A DNA stretch of 64,000 nt from Chiloscyllium plagiosum. Its lineage: Eukaryota. Under the pieces are notes generated by a model that did no database searches, was not told the DNA's origin, and saw only the letters and a list, made by a program, of their open reading frames with translations. The translations under genes were made by a program, and so were the position numbers. Shown in pieces: positions 11,591 through 23,639 of the stretch (its first letter is position 1; every line of letters begins with the position of its first letter). The stretch covers positions 8,925,267 to 8,989,266 of the forward strand of contig NC_057718.1 of the NCBI RefSeq assembly GCF_004010195.1, in the 5' to 3' direction.

Positions 11591-11811
11591 CTTAATTATA
11601 ACTTAATTAGATTGAGTAGAGGTCCCAAGATTTGCAACATTCCTGTTCTCTTGGGCATTAATGTTCAATCTTGTCAGAAAGTACTCTGGTCACTGCCTTC
11701 CCCTTCCCTATCTCATATCGGGATTCATTTGGTTCTTTTCAATCTATACATCCACTTGCTTTCATTTTCCCCGGAACATTTAAAGAATTACTACTCATTG
11801 TGTCATTTAGC

Positions 11812-12260
11812 ATGGAAACAAGCAGAAGACTACCCACCAGGATACATGAACATCAACTAGCCACAAAACGACATGGCCTTCTCTCACTAGTATCGTTACA
11901 TACAGATAAGGAAGGACACCACCTTGACTGGGACAACACATCCATCCTAGGACAAGCCAAACAGAGACACACATGAGAATTCCTATAATCATGGCATTCC
12001 AACTGAAACTCTATCAACAAACCATTGACTTGGATCCCATTTACCACCCCCTGAGAAAAATGGTAGGAAATGATATCACCACAGGAAATGACATCACCAT
12101 ACGAATTCACATCACCATCCCAAGGAAACCCAAACATATGAAGAGAAAGCAGGAAGCACCAGCAGTGCTTCGTCCAGAGGCTCACTGACGATGTTACCTA
12201 ATATGGTGATGAAATGTCTGAAAATGAACCTTCCAGCTCAGTGATCAAACCTACATCCAG
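11812..12260 (+). mobile_element. PLE family B 3' fragment (GIY-YIG endonuclease end plus terminal repeat)
   Basis: TRIHEHQLATKRH..LHTDKEGHHLDWDNTSILGQAKQRH; hammerhead-like CTGACGA-TGTTACC..GGTGAT-GAAA-TGTC at 12185-12218. Confidence 0.9.
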
Positions 12261-12750
12261 ACCCTTTGGTACAAGTCCACACCAAACATAATCCCAAACT
12301 AAACTAGTCCCACCTGCCTGCATTTGGCCCATATCCCTCCAAACTTTTCCTATTAATGTACTTATCTCAATGGCTTTTAAATGTTGTAATTGTACCCACA
12401 TCCACCACTTCCTCTGGAAGTTCATTCGACAAACAAACCACTCCCTGTATAAAAGATTTGCCCCTTATGTCTCTTTTAAATCTCTCTTTCACTTTAAAAA
12501 TATTTGCCCTAGACTTGAACTCTACCACCCTCAGGAAAAGCCACCTGCCATTCACCTCATCTATACCCTCATTATTTTATAAAGCTCTGTTAGGTCACCT
12601 CTCAACCTACAACGCTCTAATCAAAAAAGTCTCAGCCTCACGTTATAACTCAAATCCTCCATTCCTAGTAACTTCCTGGTAAATCTTTCCTGAACCCTCT
12701 ACAGCTTGATAATATCTTTCCTATAACAGGGCAACCAGAACTGGGCACAG
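12259..12750 (-). mobile_element. CR1 LINE 3' fragment
   Basis: FKVKERFKRDIRGKSF..NELPEEVVDVGTITTFK plus tail. Confidence 0.88.
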
Positions 12751-13039
12751 GAGTGGATGAATGGTGAGTGATTGCAAGAAGCTTTGTTGAAGTTTGATTA
12801 GGCTATTTTAAAAATGATATGGAATAATTCAAAATTGGTTTAAAGGTGATAGAGTTAAGTGTAGATTGAAACTCCACCGATGAAAGTGAAATAACACCTT
12901 CTCAGATTTCCCAGAAAAGACCTTTTGCATTTCGTACATAATGCAAAATGTTTTAAGCACAGTCATTCTACATAAAGGAAAGTGAAGGAGCTTACATATA
13001 ATGCATCTTTGGTGATATCTCAAGCATCGTTTAGTCAAT

Positions 13040-13460
13040 GGGGAGGCAAGGGCCTGTTGGTATTGTCGCTGGACTGTTAACCCAGAGACCCATTTAATGT
13101 TCTGGGGAAACAGGTTCGAATCCTGTTATAGCAGATGGTGGAATTTGACTTCAATAAATATCTGCCTGACCTGCTGTGCTTTTCCAGCACCACTCTAATC
13201 TCCAGCATCTGCAGTCCTCACTTTCGCCTATCTGGAATTAAGAGTCTAACGATGATCATGAAACAGTTGTCGATTCTTGGATTAACCCATCTGGGTCACT
13301 AATGTCGTTTAGGGAAGGAAACTTCCATCCTTACCCAGTCTGGCCCACATGTGACTCCAGACCCACAGCAATGTGGTTGACCCCCTAACTGCCCTCTGGG
13401 TAATTAGGGATGGGCAATAAATTTGTCTGGCCAGAAATTCTCATCCCATGAATGAATAAA
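13040..13460 (+). mobile_element. tRNA-derived shark SINE (about 350 bp) with a short PLE family A tail nested at about 13165-13228
   Basis: GGGAGGC..GGTTCGAATCC..GCAGATGGTGGAATTTG..AGGGAAGGAAAC..GTGACTCCAGACCCACAGCAATGTGG..GGGCAATAAAT; nested piece flanked by TATCTG repeats. Confidence 0.85.
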
Positions 13461-13469
13461 TCAAAACTG

Positions 13470-13610
13470 GATACTTTTGAAGTCTTTTTATTACTGTAAA
13501 GTTAGTAAGCACCCAATTTTCACACAGCAAGTTCCCACAAATAGCAATGAGACCAAAGGCTGGATATCCATCTGTGTGATGTTGGTCAAGGAATAAATGT
13601 TGGTCAGTGT
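13470..13610 (-). mobile_element. DeuSINE/SacSINE-like remnant
   Basis: Minus strand ACCAACATCAC..CATTGCTATTTGTGGGAACTTGCTGTGTGAAAATTGG resembles the AmnSINE1/SacSINE1 3' region. Confidence 0.6.
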
Positions 13611-13704
13611 TAATGGTATCTTTATTAAATTGTTATGATATATAAGAAAAGGTTTAGTCAATTAAGTAATTAACACACTGATTTGTTATTGTATCCATTG
13701 GATT

Positions 13705-14062
13705 TGGATGTCAATGTCTGGGGCAGCATGTATTGCCCGTCCTAATTACCCCCAAACTGAGTGGCTGACTAACACCATTTCTGAGGGCAGTTAAGAGTCA
13801 ACCACATTGCTGTGGGTCTGGGGTCACATGTAGATCAGACCAGTTAAGGATGGCAGATTTCCTTCCCTAAAGGACATCAGTGAGTCAGTTGGGTTTTTGC
13901 AACATTCGGCAATGATTGACATTAGGCTAGCTTTTTATTTCAGATTTTAATCAAATTCAAATACACCATCTGCCTTGCTGTGATTCAAAATCATTTCCCC
14001 TGAATGTTAGCCTGGGTTTCTGGATTATTAGCCCAGTGACATCACCTCGACACTGTCTCCCC
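13705..14062 (-). mobile_element. Same 350-bp tRNA-SINE family
   Basis: GAGGGCAGTTAAGAGTCAACCACATTGCTGTGGGTCTGG..CCTTCCCTAAAGGACA. Confidence 0.88.
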
Positions 14063-14414
14063 CAGAGACACATCCCACAAAAAATTAGAAACCGCAGGGA
14101 CCTGGGGCATAATCACGCCTCAACACCAAATTCTAAATCAACTCCCGTTGGTCTCTTTATGGGTTTTACTTTCATTACAGAAACAGGTTTTCACAGCCAG
14201 AGTTTACCAGAATGACTGGAGAGCATTATCAACCACCAGAACCACATTTTAATTTAAATGATCGGTTTTTTGGAGATTTTAGATCCAGTGTCCCTTGACG
14301 AGGTGACCTTCTGTTTAATTTGGCTGAGTTCAGTTTAGTTTGGTTAAAGTTTTGGTGTCTTTGTTTTAATTAATTTACGAAGGTGGTATAAAGAGAGACA
14401 CTTCCTGAAATAAC

Positions 14415-15045
14415 TGCAGAGGCCAGTATCTTGCCACCAAGTCACCCTTTAGTGACATGTGCACAGTATACTGGCTGTGGCCAACCAGTCCCTGAAATCA
14501 GGACTCACAAAATCTCCTGTTATTTTTTTTTCCTTTTTCTTTTTTTTAAGTCACCTTCAAGGAGGAGAGTCCTTGCACGTGTGCGCACACACACTGATCC
14601 AACTCTCAAGATAGGCAAACACCCGAGTGGCCAGTGACAAGCACTGCCCACATCAAAGGGCAGTGCTGTGTGATCAAAACAGTGAAGGGGGGGGTAGGGA
14701 CTAAATCAAAATAGAGTTGGAGGAAGAAATGATGCACTCCACTCCCTGCGGCGCCCACCTCTCCCTGAACAACTCCAGGGTGTTGGTAGACACCGCGTGC
14801 TCCTTCTCCAAGGACACCCGGGCTCTAACGTAACCGCGGAAGAGGGGCAGGCAGTCGGCCCTAACGACCCCCTCCACGGCCCGCTGCCTCGACCTGTTGA
14901 TGGCCAGTTGGCCAGAATCTCCTGTTATATCTGTCAGCCAGGGCTCCCTGACTGGCCCAGGGTAACAATCCCAATCAGGGACCTCTAGTCAATAAGATCC
15001 ACCTGATTCTAAACACTAAGCCTTCCATGACCTTCTGGGCACCAC
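14415..15045. repeat. Unclassified interspersed repeat (possibly LTR-like) hosting the Tx1 insertion
   Basis: CAGCCAGGGCTCCCTGA.TGG..CAGGG..AAGATCCACCT recurs, diverged, at about 15463-15582. Confidence 0.5.
14524..14915 (-). mobile_element. 5'-truncated Tx1/L1-clade LINE with A-rich tail and 13-bp TSD
   Basis: Open frame LAINRSRQRAVEGVVRADCLPLFRGYVRARVSLEKEHAVSTNTLELFRERWAPQGVECIIS..* (stop at 14701-14703); T-rich tract 14522-14547; TSD AATCTCCTGTTAT at 14511-14523 and 14916-14928. Confidence 0.88.
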
Positions 15046-15189
15046 AGGGACTGGGACACAGGATTAGTTACCAATATGACATTAACTTGATGCATTTCAT
15101 TTGAAATTTTAATTTGTTTTCAGTAATCCTTTAAAATATTGTCACCCCTTAATTTGTACTCTTTGTTAATAGGTTTAGTATAAAATATA

Positions 15190-15362
15190 AAGTCGCCATA
15201 GTCCTACTCATTAGAGAGGGAGGTGACTGGTGGTGGGGCCTAACCTGAGGGACAACATGCCTCGGGCGAGGTTGAGAAGGAGAGTTCTTCATGGTAATCT
15301 CAGCCAGTGTGGGAATTGAACCCATGCTGTAAGCATCACCCTTCATTACAAATGAGCTAACC
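15190..15362 (-). mobile_element. tRNA-derived SINE (possibly MetaSINE-type)
   Basis: Minus strand GGGTTCAATTCCCACACTGGCTGAGATTACCATGAAG..CCTTCTCAACCTCGCC..CCTCAGGTTAG..CACCACCAGTC; second copy at 37905-38075. Confidence 0.7.
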
Positions 15363-15999
15363 AACTCCCTTTAAAGAGAGACATTTTCCAAGACTAATGG
15401 GCATTGAAGGAATGGAGTGCTTTATCTGTCCCCCGAAACCAAATCTTAATTTAAATTTTGTACATTATGTGTACAGCCAGGGCTCCCTGATTGGTGCAGG
15501 GTACAACCCCAGTCAGGGATCACATAGTCTGCAAGATCCACCTAATTCCAATCACTAAACATTCCATGCCCATTTGAGCACCGCTACATTATATTCAGAG
15601 GTTTGCTTCTGTGACATTTTCCCTTCATGAGGCTGATATGTGGTCATTTGGTTTCATTTAAATTGATCGCTCCAACGAGTGCAGCTAGAAACTCTTCCCT
15701 GAGGGGTACTGAAAGGGGATGGAGCATACCAGCTGTCCTGACAAAACTTTAAATTTTTTTTTGTAAGTTTTCTTTCATGGTTTAATTTTTGTTGCAGTGA
15801 CCTTCGATGAGCTAGCTCCGTAAGTTAACTGATTGAATTGTTCCATTTGCCTTACAAATGAGAGAGTTCTGGGACGGTGAGGGATGTGGGAGAAGTTGGA
15901 TTGCTCTGCTGTAGTATTCTGTAACCAAACTAACTATCAAGAAAGGGATTTGTGCCCAGTATCGTACTTCACTACCTGACTTAGCGACTCATTAATCAG

Positions 16000-16860
16000 G
16001 TTTGAGGATAGATTGAAGACGTCGGAATTGTTCTCCCTGGAGAGAAGCAGGCTGCGAGGAGAGTTAACAGGGGTATCAAGACCATATGCGGGCTGGACAG
16101 AGCAAATAGGGAGAAGCTGTTCCCACTTGTAAAAAGGAACAAGAGGAAGACAACATCGATTTAAAGTTTAAAAAATCACCCAACACGAGGTTATAGTCCA
16201 ACAGGTTCATTTGGAAGCTCTAGCTTTTGTAGCGCTGCTCCTTTATCAGATGGCTGTGGAACAGGATCGTAAGATGCTGAATTTATAGCAAACAATTACA
16301 GTGTCATGCAACTGAAATGATATATTGAACAAACCTAGATTGGGGGTGTTGTATGATTTTAAACAGTTAACAGTAATCTCGGTTTGTTCAATATATCACT
16401 TCAGTTACATGACACTAATCGTTTGCTATAAATTCTGCGTCTTATGATCCTGTCCCTCAGCTACCTGCTGAAGGAGCGGCGCTCCGAAAGCTGGTGCTTC
16501 TAAATAAACCTGTTGGACTATAGCCCAGTGTTATGTGATTTTTAACTTTGTCCACCTCAGTCCAACACTGGCACCCCAAAATCATAGATTTAAAGTGACC
16601 TGCAAACAAAGGTGATGTGAGAAAAGAAACCCTTTCAACAGCAACTAGTTAGGGTCTGGAATGCATTGCCTCAAAATGTCATGGAGACAGGTTCAATTGA
16701 AGCATTCAAGAGGGCATTGGATGGCTATTTGGATGGAAATATGTGCAAGGGTACAGCAATAAGGCAGAAGGTTGGCATTAGGTAGTGATGAGCTTGTTTG
16801 AAGAGCTGGTGTAGGCAAGATGGGCCAAATGGCCTCCTTCTGCACAGAAACAATTCAGCA
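16000..16860 (+). mobile_element. Old CR1 3' fragment split by a PLE palindrome
   Basis: TTGTTCTCCCTGGAGAGAAG..GGGAGAAGCTGTTCCCAC..TCTGGAATGCATTGCC..GGGCCAAATGGCCTCCTTC. Confidence 0.75.
16168..16582 (+). mobile_element. PLE family C palindromic insertion with degenerate hammerheads and 14-bp TSD
   Basis: Arms of about 170 bp (16168-16341 and 16376-16546) are inverted; CTGCTGA-A-GGAGC(GGC)GCTCC-GAAA-GCTG at 16465-16493; TSD CAT(C/A)GATTTAAAGT at 16154-16167 and 16583-16596. Confidence 0.8.
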
Positions 16861-16964
16861 ATTCTGGGAACTTCTTTAACCAACAACCATACCTGCTGCT
16901 GTTGGCACTGCTGGTTGAGTGTTGTGAAGGTTTTCAGTGTCCAGTGGAGAAGCTGATGAAGTAG

Positions 16965-17240
16965 CTGTAGTGTCTCTGGACTAGTAATCCAGAACCCAGG
17001 GTCAAGGGTTCAACTCTTACCATGGCAGACGGTAAAGTCTGAACTCAAAAAGCTGGAGTCAGAACTTAACCAACTGATAGCTAGTGTTGATTGATGTAAA
17101 AGGAAAAATGTGTCTGGTTTATGATGAACCTGAGGAGAAAGAAACCACCATACCTTACTTGGTCTGACCTATGTGTGACTCCAGACCCACAACAATGCAG
17201 TTGGCTCTTAACTACCCTCTGGGTGGCTAGAGATGGTCAA
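16965..17240 (+). mobile_element. 350-bp tRNA-SINE family, decayed
   Basis: CTGGACTAGTAATCCAG..GGTTCAA..GTGACTCCAGACCCACA. Confidence 0.75.
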
Positions 17241-18199
17241 TGAGCAAATACAACAAGCTGGGTAGGCTGGCGGGTGTGAAAGTTCCAGACCTCTCCCAAC
17301 AATGCCTTTTCTGGGTGAATGTGTTAATTTACCAGCCGTCAGTGAGCTGCAGGCTGTTCTGTGCTTTCAGCACACAGCCATGATTTGAGATTGTGCATTG
17401 TGCAAAATCAGCTCCTGCTGCCATCAATGTTTCCAGCTCGTCCAATTGAACCGAGTCCCAGAGTTTAAGCATTAACTCCCATTGTGTAAACATTCAAACA
17501 TTTCGCAGCTTTGCTGGATTTCACTTCTTGGATTTTGTTCTTCAGAAACTCCCCACCCCCACGGCCACTCCCATTATCAGTCAACAAAATAAGAGCCACA
17601 ACCAGTACGAGACCATACCTAAACTGCTAAGCAATAGAAGGGTCAAGCAATATCTTTTTCAGTTCTGTTCCCCATTTTTGTTGACAGTTATATTTTTTGC
17701 TTGGTCGGGTCTGTCTCAACTAGTACGCAGTAATTTATTGCAAAAGCAATGCTGAAAGCTGGAGAGATCCATAAATTCAGTTTCAACAGGGTTAGAGCTT
17801 TTCAAAGAGCATTTCTAGAGATCCAGTATCACTGACATGTTTCCCATCTTTAACAAACTCTATTCTGGTGTATTGGATTATTGGCTCTTTTGTCAATGCA
17901 GTTTTAGTTGTGGAATTATTTCTTAGCCCACAAAAGATTCTTGTGTCTACATTTCAAACCAAAGATTGGAATAGAGTAGATAACCTACTTTGATTGTTGC
18001 AATCGAAGTTTCATAACTATGTAGGGAGAGGAGGTGGTATAATAGTGAAGCCAGAATTCCAGTCTAATGTTCTCGCGACATGGGTTCAAATCCATCCCAA
18101 ACCAGACGATGAAATTTTGAATTCAATACAATTGTGGAATAAAAAGGCTGGTCTAATGGAGATGGTGTCACCATTGTCAATTGTGATAAAAATTATTCA

Positions 18200-18565
18200 A
18201 TGAAGAGTTCAGGATGGCCACACCAGGAGCAGCACCATGCATTGGTCTGCATTGGAGAGGTCCAGCAAGGACTCAGAGCAGCGAGGGCATTGGTGTAGGG
18301 GAGATGGCACTGAAGAGTTGGCAACTTTTCACTTCAGCATCGGTGATGAGAGGAACCTTAGGCCTGGCCTGTGACTGAGCACTTAACAAGAAGGACTGTA
18401 AAGTTGAATACTTTTTTTCACTATTTATTTTTCTGCCTTTATATTCTATGCTTTGGTTTATTTTTCTGTGTTTTAAGATGGCGCTGGAGAATGGTGTCGC
18501 CATACAGCGTGTTACAGTGCAGTTTGTAACAAAATACTTGTGACAATAAATAAATAAAATCAAAA
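18200..18565 (+). mobile_element. Probable non-autonomous retroelement with Rex1-like 3' tail
   Basis: Ends GTGACAATAAATAAATAAAATCAAA, similar to the Rex1 tail at 8610-8638. Confidence 0.4.
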
Positions 18566-18866
18566 GAAATCAATTACTTTGCAGTAATACTCAAGTTCTG
18601 CACCATCAAACAGCCCCTTCATATAACTTCTTTGCCAAAAGTTAGGTTGAAAAGAATGCCCATGATTTCCTGTTTAAACATCAATCTGCCCAACCTTTCT
18701 GTCGTGAGTTGGCCCTTCCTGCATTCCATCTGCAGATTCTCAATGCACTGAATTAACATCCTGCAGGGAAGATGTTAACCTGGCTCCCTATCTACTCTGT
18801 TAGGTGGCTGCATCATGTCACTATTTCATGAAAAACAGGAGAATTAGTCCAATACTTTTACATCAT

Positions 18867-19498
18867 TCATAGAGATGTAAAGAGCGGAAACAGACCCTTT
18901 GGCCCAAATCGTCCATGCCGACCAGATATCCTGACCTAATCTAGTCCCATTTACCCTTCCAGCATTTGGCCCGTATCCATCTAAACCCTTCCTATTTGTA
19001 TACTTATGCAGATGCCTTTTAAATATTTCAATTGTACCAGCCTCTTCCTCTTCCTCTGGCAGCTCATTCCATACACGCTCCACCCTCTGTGCGAAAATGT
19101 TGCCCCTTAGGGCCTTTTTGAACATTTCCCCTCTCACCCTTAACCTATGCCTTCTAATTCTGGACTCTCCCACCCTAGGGAAAAGACTTTGTCTATTTAT
19201 CCTATCCATGCCCCTCATAATTTTATACACCTCTATTAGGTCACCCCTCAGCCTCCAACACTGCAGGGAAAACAGCCCCAGCCTATTCAGCCTCTCTCTA
19301 TAGCTCAAACCCTCCAAACCTGGCAACATCCTTGTAAATCTTCTTTGAATTCTTTCATGTTTCGCAACATCATTCCTACAGCAGGGAGACCAGAATTGAA
19401 TGCAGTAGTCCAAAAGTGGCCTAACCAATGTCCTGTACAGCTGGAACATGACCTCCCGACTCCTATACTCAAAGCTCTGACCAATAAAGGCAAGCACT
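18867..19498 (-). mobile_element. CR1/HER1 LINE 3' fragment
   Basis: LYRTLVRPLLDYCIQFWSP..RFTRMLPGLEGLSYRERLNRLGLFSL..RGDLIEVYKIMRG. Confidence 0.95.
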
Positions 19499-19529
19499 TG
19501 AGGGGTACAACAGTACAAAGTCTGGTTCG

Positions 19530-19665
19530 AGTATCTGGTCATTTTCATATTGCTGTTTTGTGAGATCTTGCTGTGCAATAAATTGGCTGCAGTGTTTCCT
19601 GCTTTACAACATTGATTGCATTTTGAAAAGGACTTAATTAACTGGAAAGCACTTTGGAGGATCTT
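19530..19665 (+). mobile_element. DeuSINE/SacSINE-like 3' remnant
   Basis: ATCTGGTCATT..ATTGCTGTTTTGTGAGATCTTGCTGTGCAATAAATTGGCTGCAGTGTTTCCT..AAAGCACTTTGG. Confidence 0.7.
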
Positions 19666-20599
19666 CTTTTTGCGAAAACGGGCCACCTAAGTACAGATTG
19701 TTTCTCCTTCATATCGTATAACATGGAGCACTCACTGTTCAGCTGCTCTTTTTCGGGTCTTCCTCAGTGAAAGGTTACACAGGAGGGATTTTCATCTTCA
19801 TTTTCATTTGCAAAGCGAGGACTAAGTGGAGTATCATGAACATGTGCAAGATCTGCATGTTAAGTTGAAATTCATATCACAGAGATGGCTGAAAGTTATA
19901 AATGGAGCTCAATGGCAGCGACAGTTTGCCAACTGTCTAATGACACAATTGACAAAAGGGATTGTTAACAGTAATCTGTTTACCAGGGCTCACACTGACT
20001 GACTGACTCAGGTTCCACCCCTCATGCACTGTGACTGCAGACCACATTCACTGGCCGTCTTTGTCTTGTGGCTTCTGAGTTCACTTCCTACCGATTCCCA
20101 GAACAATCAGTCACCACTCACCAACATTACATTGTCAAAGTGAGTTCAGGGGCCAAGTGGAAGGAAATAAAATGAGGCCGTGAATCTGAGTCAGGAAAGA
20201 TGGTTAGAGAAATAGTTTTCAGAATGTCACGGGGGTCATTGATACGTGCATTTGAAACTGTCCCTGCTCAGGTGACTGCATTGGGAACACACACACCATT
20301 TATAAACCACCTTTTTATAAAACTTCTGCACTTCCTTAAGCTCTTGACAGCTAATGTAATATATCTGAAGCACAGCCACTGCTGTACTGTAGCCTATTTG
20401 CACACTGCTAACTCCCACCGTAGCAATGTGAGCATCACCAGATATTCTATTTGCTGAGGAGGAAGAATTTGGTTCAACAATAATTAAACTGAAGCTAGAT
20501 GCTGTTAAGAGTTTTTCAACATTCTTTGGAGAGTGGGAACACGCTCCTGTCATCCTGACCCCCAACAGCCAAGAGGTCTGACAGTGCCTTTGGCCCCAG

Positions 20600-21132
20600 T
20601 GGGGAGGTGATGGCCCAGTGATATTATCGTTAGTTTATTGATCCAGCAACCCAGCTCACATTCTGGGGGCCTGGGTTCAAACTCTATCATGGCAGATGGT
20701 GGAATTTGAATCTAATAAAATCTGGAGTTTAGAATCTACTGATGACTGTGTAGCCATTGTCAATTATTAGGGGAAAACCTGTCTGGCTCACTAATGTTCT
20801 TTAGAGAAGAAAATCTGCTATCCTTACCTATGGGTCAGTTGGGATGAGCTATAAATGCTGTCTCTGCATTGACATCACTACCCTGTGAACAAATGACAAA
20901 AATGACTTTGAAATTTGAGCACAATAAAATGTGGAAACAATAAAAACCAAGTAACCATTGTTGTAAAAATGTCTAGTTCCCTAATGTCCTTTAGGGAAGA
21001 AAACTGCCATCCATCCCTGGTCTGGCCTACAAGTGACTCCAGACCCACAGCAATGTGGTTGACTCTGATCTATGTTTTGGGCATGGGCAATAAATGCCAA
21101 CCTGGCCATCGAAGCTAACACCTCATGAATAA
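20600..21132 (+). mobile_element. Two tandem copies of the 350-bp tRNA-SINE (20600-20890, 20950-21132)
   Basis: GGGAGGTGATGGCCCAGTG..GGTTCAAA..GCAGATGGTGGAATTTGAAT; GTGACTCCAGACCCACAGCAATGTGG. Confidence 0.82.
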
Positions 21133-21555
21133 ACTACAAAAAAAGTGCTCTCCTCAAATAGTAATGTCAAGAAAAGAGTGATGATGGGACAAGTGTCGCA
21201 CGTCCAACTCTTATCACATTAAATAACACGGAAGTGGCTCACAAATCCTGCTATCTCAGGTCCACATTGATACACGGTCTGTCCCTTGATGCAGAACATG
21301 ATAGGGCAGCGGATTCCATCTTTGGCCACTCATGAACTGCACATAGATAAAACTGACCCTCAGGACAAAATTGATGATCAATTAGTTTGGTATTCTTATC
21401 AATGTTCTTCAGGAAATGTTGTGTATTTGAGATAAGGGGTGGGTGAGAGTGAGTGAGAGAAGGTGCTATACACAATAGTGAGGATGAGTGTTGGTGGGCG
21501 GTGGGTGCAGTAACAGAGATAGAGTGAGTGTGAGCTAATGGGGAGAAGATCCTGG

Positions 21556-21745
21556 CACTTATGCTGGCGGAGTAGAGAAGGTCCATTGACCTTCTTCTTA
21601 TATTGCTGGGCATTTATCCAGGTGGTAATCTTGGACCAGACTGGCATAGTGGTCTCCATTGCCAATCCTAGCAGTATGAGGACATCTTATCTTTACATCA
21701 GACCCCCTAGCAATACCTCCAGGTCCACAGCCACAATTTCCAGCT
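21556..21745 (-). pseudogene. Decayed Myb/SANT-like (Harbinger accessory protein-like) coding remnant
   Basis: Minus strand with stops and frameshift: DLEVLLGGLM*R*DVL..TMPVWSKITTWINAQQYKKKVN-DLLYSA, matching the LEVLV..W..I...VNA..QC.KK.NDL pattern. Confidence 0.55.
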
Positions 21746-22544
21746 GCCCGTCAGGTCCAGGGCAAATGCAGGGCATCTATGGGCATTTCAGAACTTGGCA
21801 GTGTGCACCCGGCCTCTTTAAGCTGACACCAATGCTAAGGATGCCGGTTAATTCTGGGATATCTCTGCAATGGAGAGTTCTTCTGGGAATGGTGTATGGT
21901 AAGATGGGACTCAAATCAGACCAGAGGTGTGCCACGGAGGTGGGATGGATAGTTCATGAGGTTAGTGTGGTTAGATATGGTGAGTAATCTCGCTAGGCCT
22001 CTTGACACAAAGCTCTTTAAAAAAATGGCAAAACTGACACTTAGCCAAAAAAACATGGAAGATTCAACTCTTAAAGGTTACTTGATAACATTTACTCCCA
22101 AGATTTACTCCAGGTCATGTGACATTGAGAGGCAGTTAGCACAAGTGCAGGAGAGAGCTGTGAAAGTATGTTATGATGCTTTTGGTAAGGCTTCATCAAT
22201 TCTGAGCCCAAACTGTAAAGCTGATAAGAAACCGTGAATCTGACTATTCAGTTTATTTTAGGCCCTGTTAGATGTGAATCCCCAACACAACACTCTTCTT
22301 CACTGTTCATTACTGAGACTGCAAGGAAGCTAATTGTCTTTTCCTTTCTTTTATCTCTTACAAGTTCTGTACAGACATGCAAGCAATCTGCTGCCAAAGT
22401 GTGTATCAGTGCATCTTGGAGTGAGTCATGTAGAGGTTCCACACACACAAGAGATTTTCCATCCTTATTTCACTCCCTCATGGCCCTAGACCCTGAATAT
22501 CTTGACTGGACCACAACAGTGACCACCAGTGGCTCTGCTAGTTA

Positions 22545-23580
22545 ATATAGAGAGTCAAGAGAAATGGGTCTTTTTCTGGTTGGCAAGATGTGACTAATGG
22601 GGTGTCAGTTCTCAGGCCCCAATCAATTCGCAATCTATGTTAATGACTTGGATACAAGGATAGAAAGTACTATGGCCAAATTTGCAGAGGACACTAGAAT
22701 AGATGGATAACCTCACACTTAATCACACTCAGCTGATTTGCAATGAAGAAATAAGATATTTAGAAATGTATTTGGATAGATTATGTGAATGGACCAAAAT
22801 TTGGCAGATGGAGTTGAACGCGATTAAGTGTGAGATTATCCATTTTGGTCAAAGCAATAGAAAGGCAACGTATCATCTAAAGTGAGAGAAGCTTCAGAGT
22901 GTTTTGGTGCAGCAGGATCTGGGTGTCATTGTGCATGAATCGCAGAAAATACTAAAGAGGTACAACAGGTAGTAAGAAAGACAAATGGAATTTTGGCTTT
23001 TATTGCTAAAGAAGTAGAGAATTAAAATAGGGATGTGTTACTGGACAAGGCATTAGTGAGACTACACCTGGAATATTGTGTGCAGTTTTGATCTCCTTAC
23101 TTGAGGAGGGATATAGTTGTATTAGAGGTAGTTCAGAGGACACTCACTAGTTTGATTCCAGAGATGAGCAGTTTGTCTTATGGAGATAGACTGAGCTGAT
23201 ATTGGAGTTTAAAAAGATGAGCGGTGATCTAATTGAGTTATATAAAATGCACAAGGGGATTTTGACAAAGTAGATGTAGTGAAGATGTGTCCTCATGTGG
23301 AACAATCTAGTCAGAATTATTGTAGTTTAAGGATAAGGGGTACCTGATTTAAAACAGAGGTGAGGAGAAATTACTTTTCTGAAAGGGTCAAGAATCTGTG
23401 GAATTCACTCCCCCAGAGTGCAGTGGATGTTGGGACACTGAGTAAATTTAAGGAGAAGATGGACAGAATTTTCATTAGTAATGGGCTGACGAGTTATGGA
23501 GAGTGGGCAGGAAAGTGGAGTTGTACTGAATGTTGGAGCAGGCTCGAGGGGCTGAATGGCCTAATCCTGCTTCTTATATT
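22545..23580 (+). mobile_element. Old CR1 LINE RT/3' fragment
   Basis: AKFAEDT; LDRLCEWTKIWQMELN..KCEIIHFG; RRNYFSERVKNLWNSLPQSAV. Confidence 0.9.
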
Positions 23581-23639
23581 CAGTGAGGAAAGTGAACTAC
23601 AAAAGACCTACAGAAACCTTAGACTTAATCCTTCTTTTT

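Noticed and set aside
18844..19686. 280-aa ORF as a host gene
   Set aside because: Chimeric read-through of a SINE remnant into a CR1 ORF2 C-terminus
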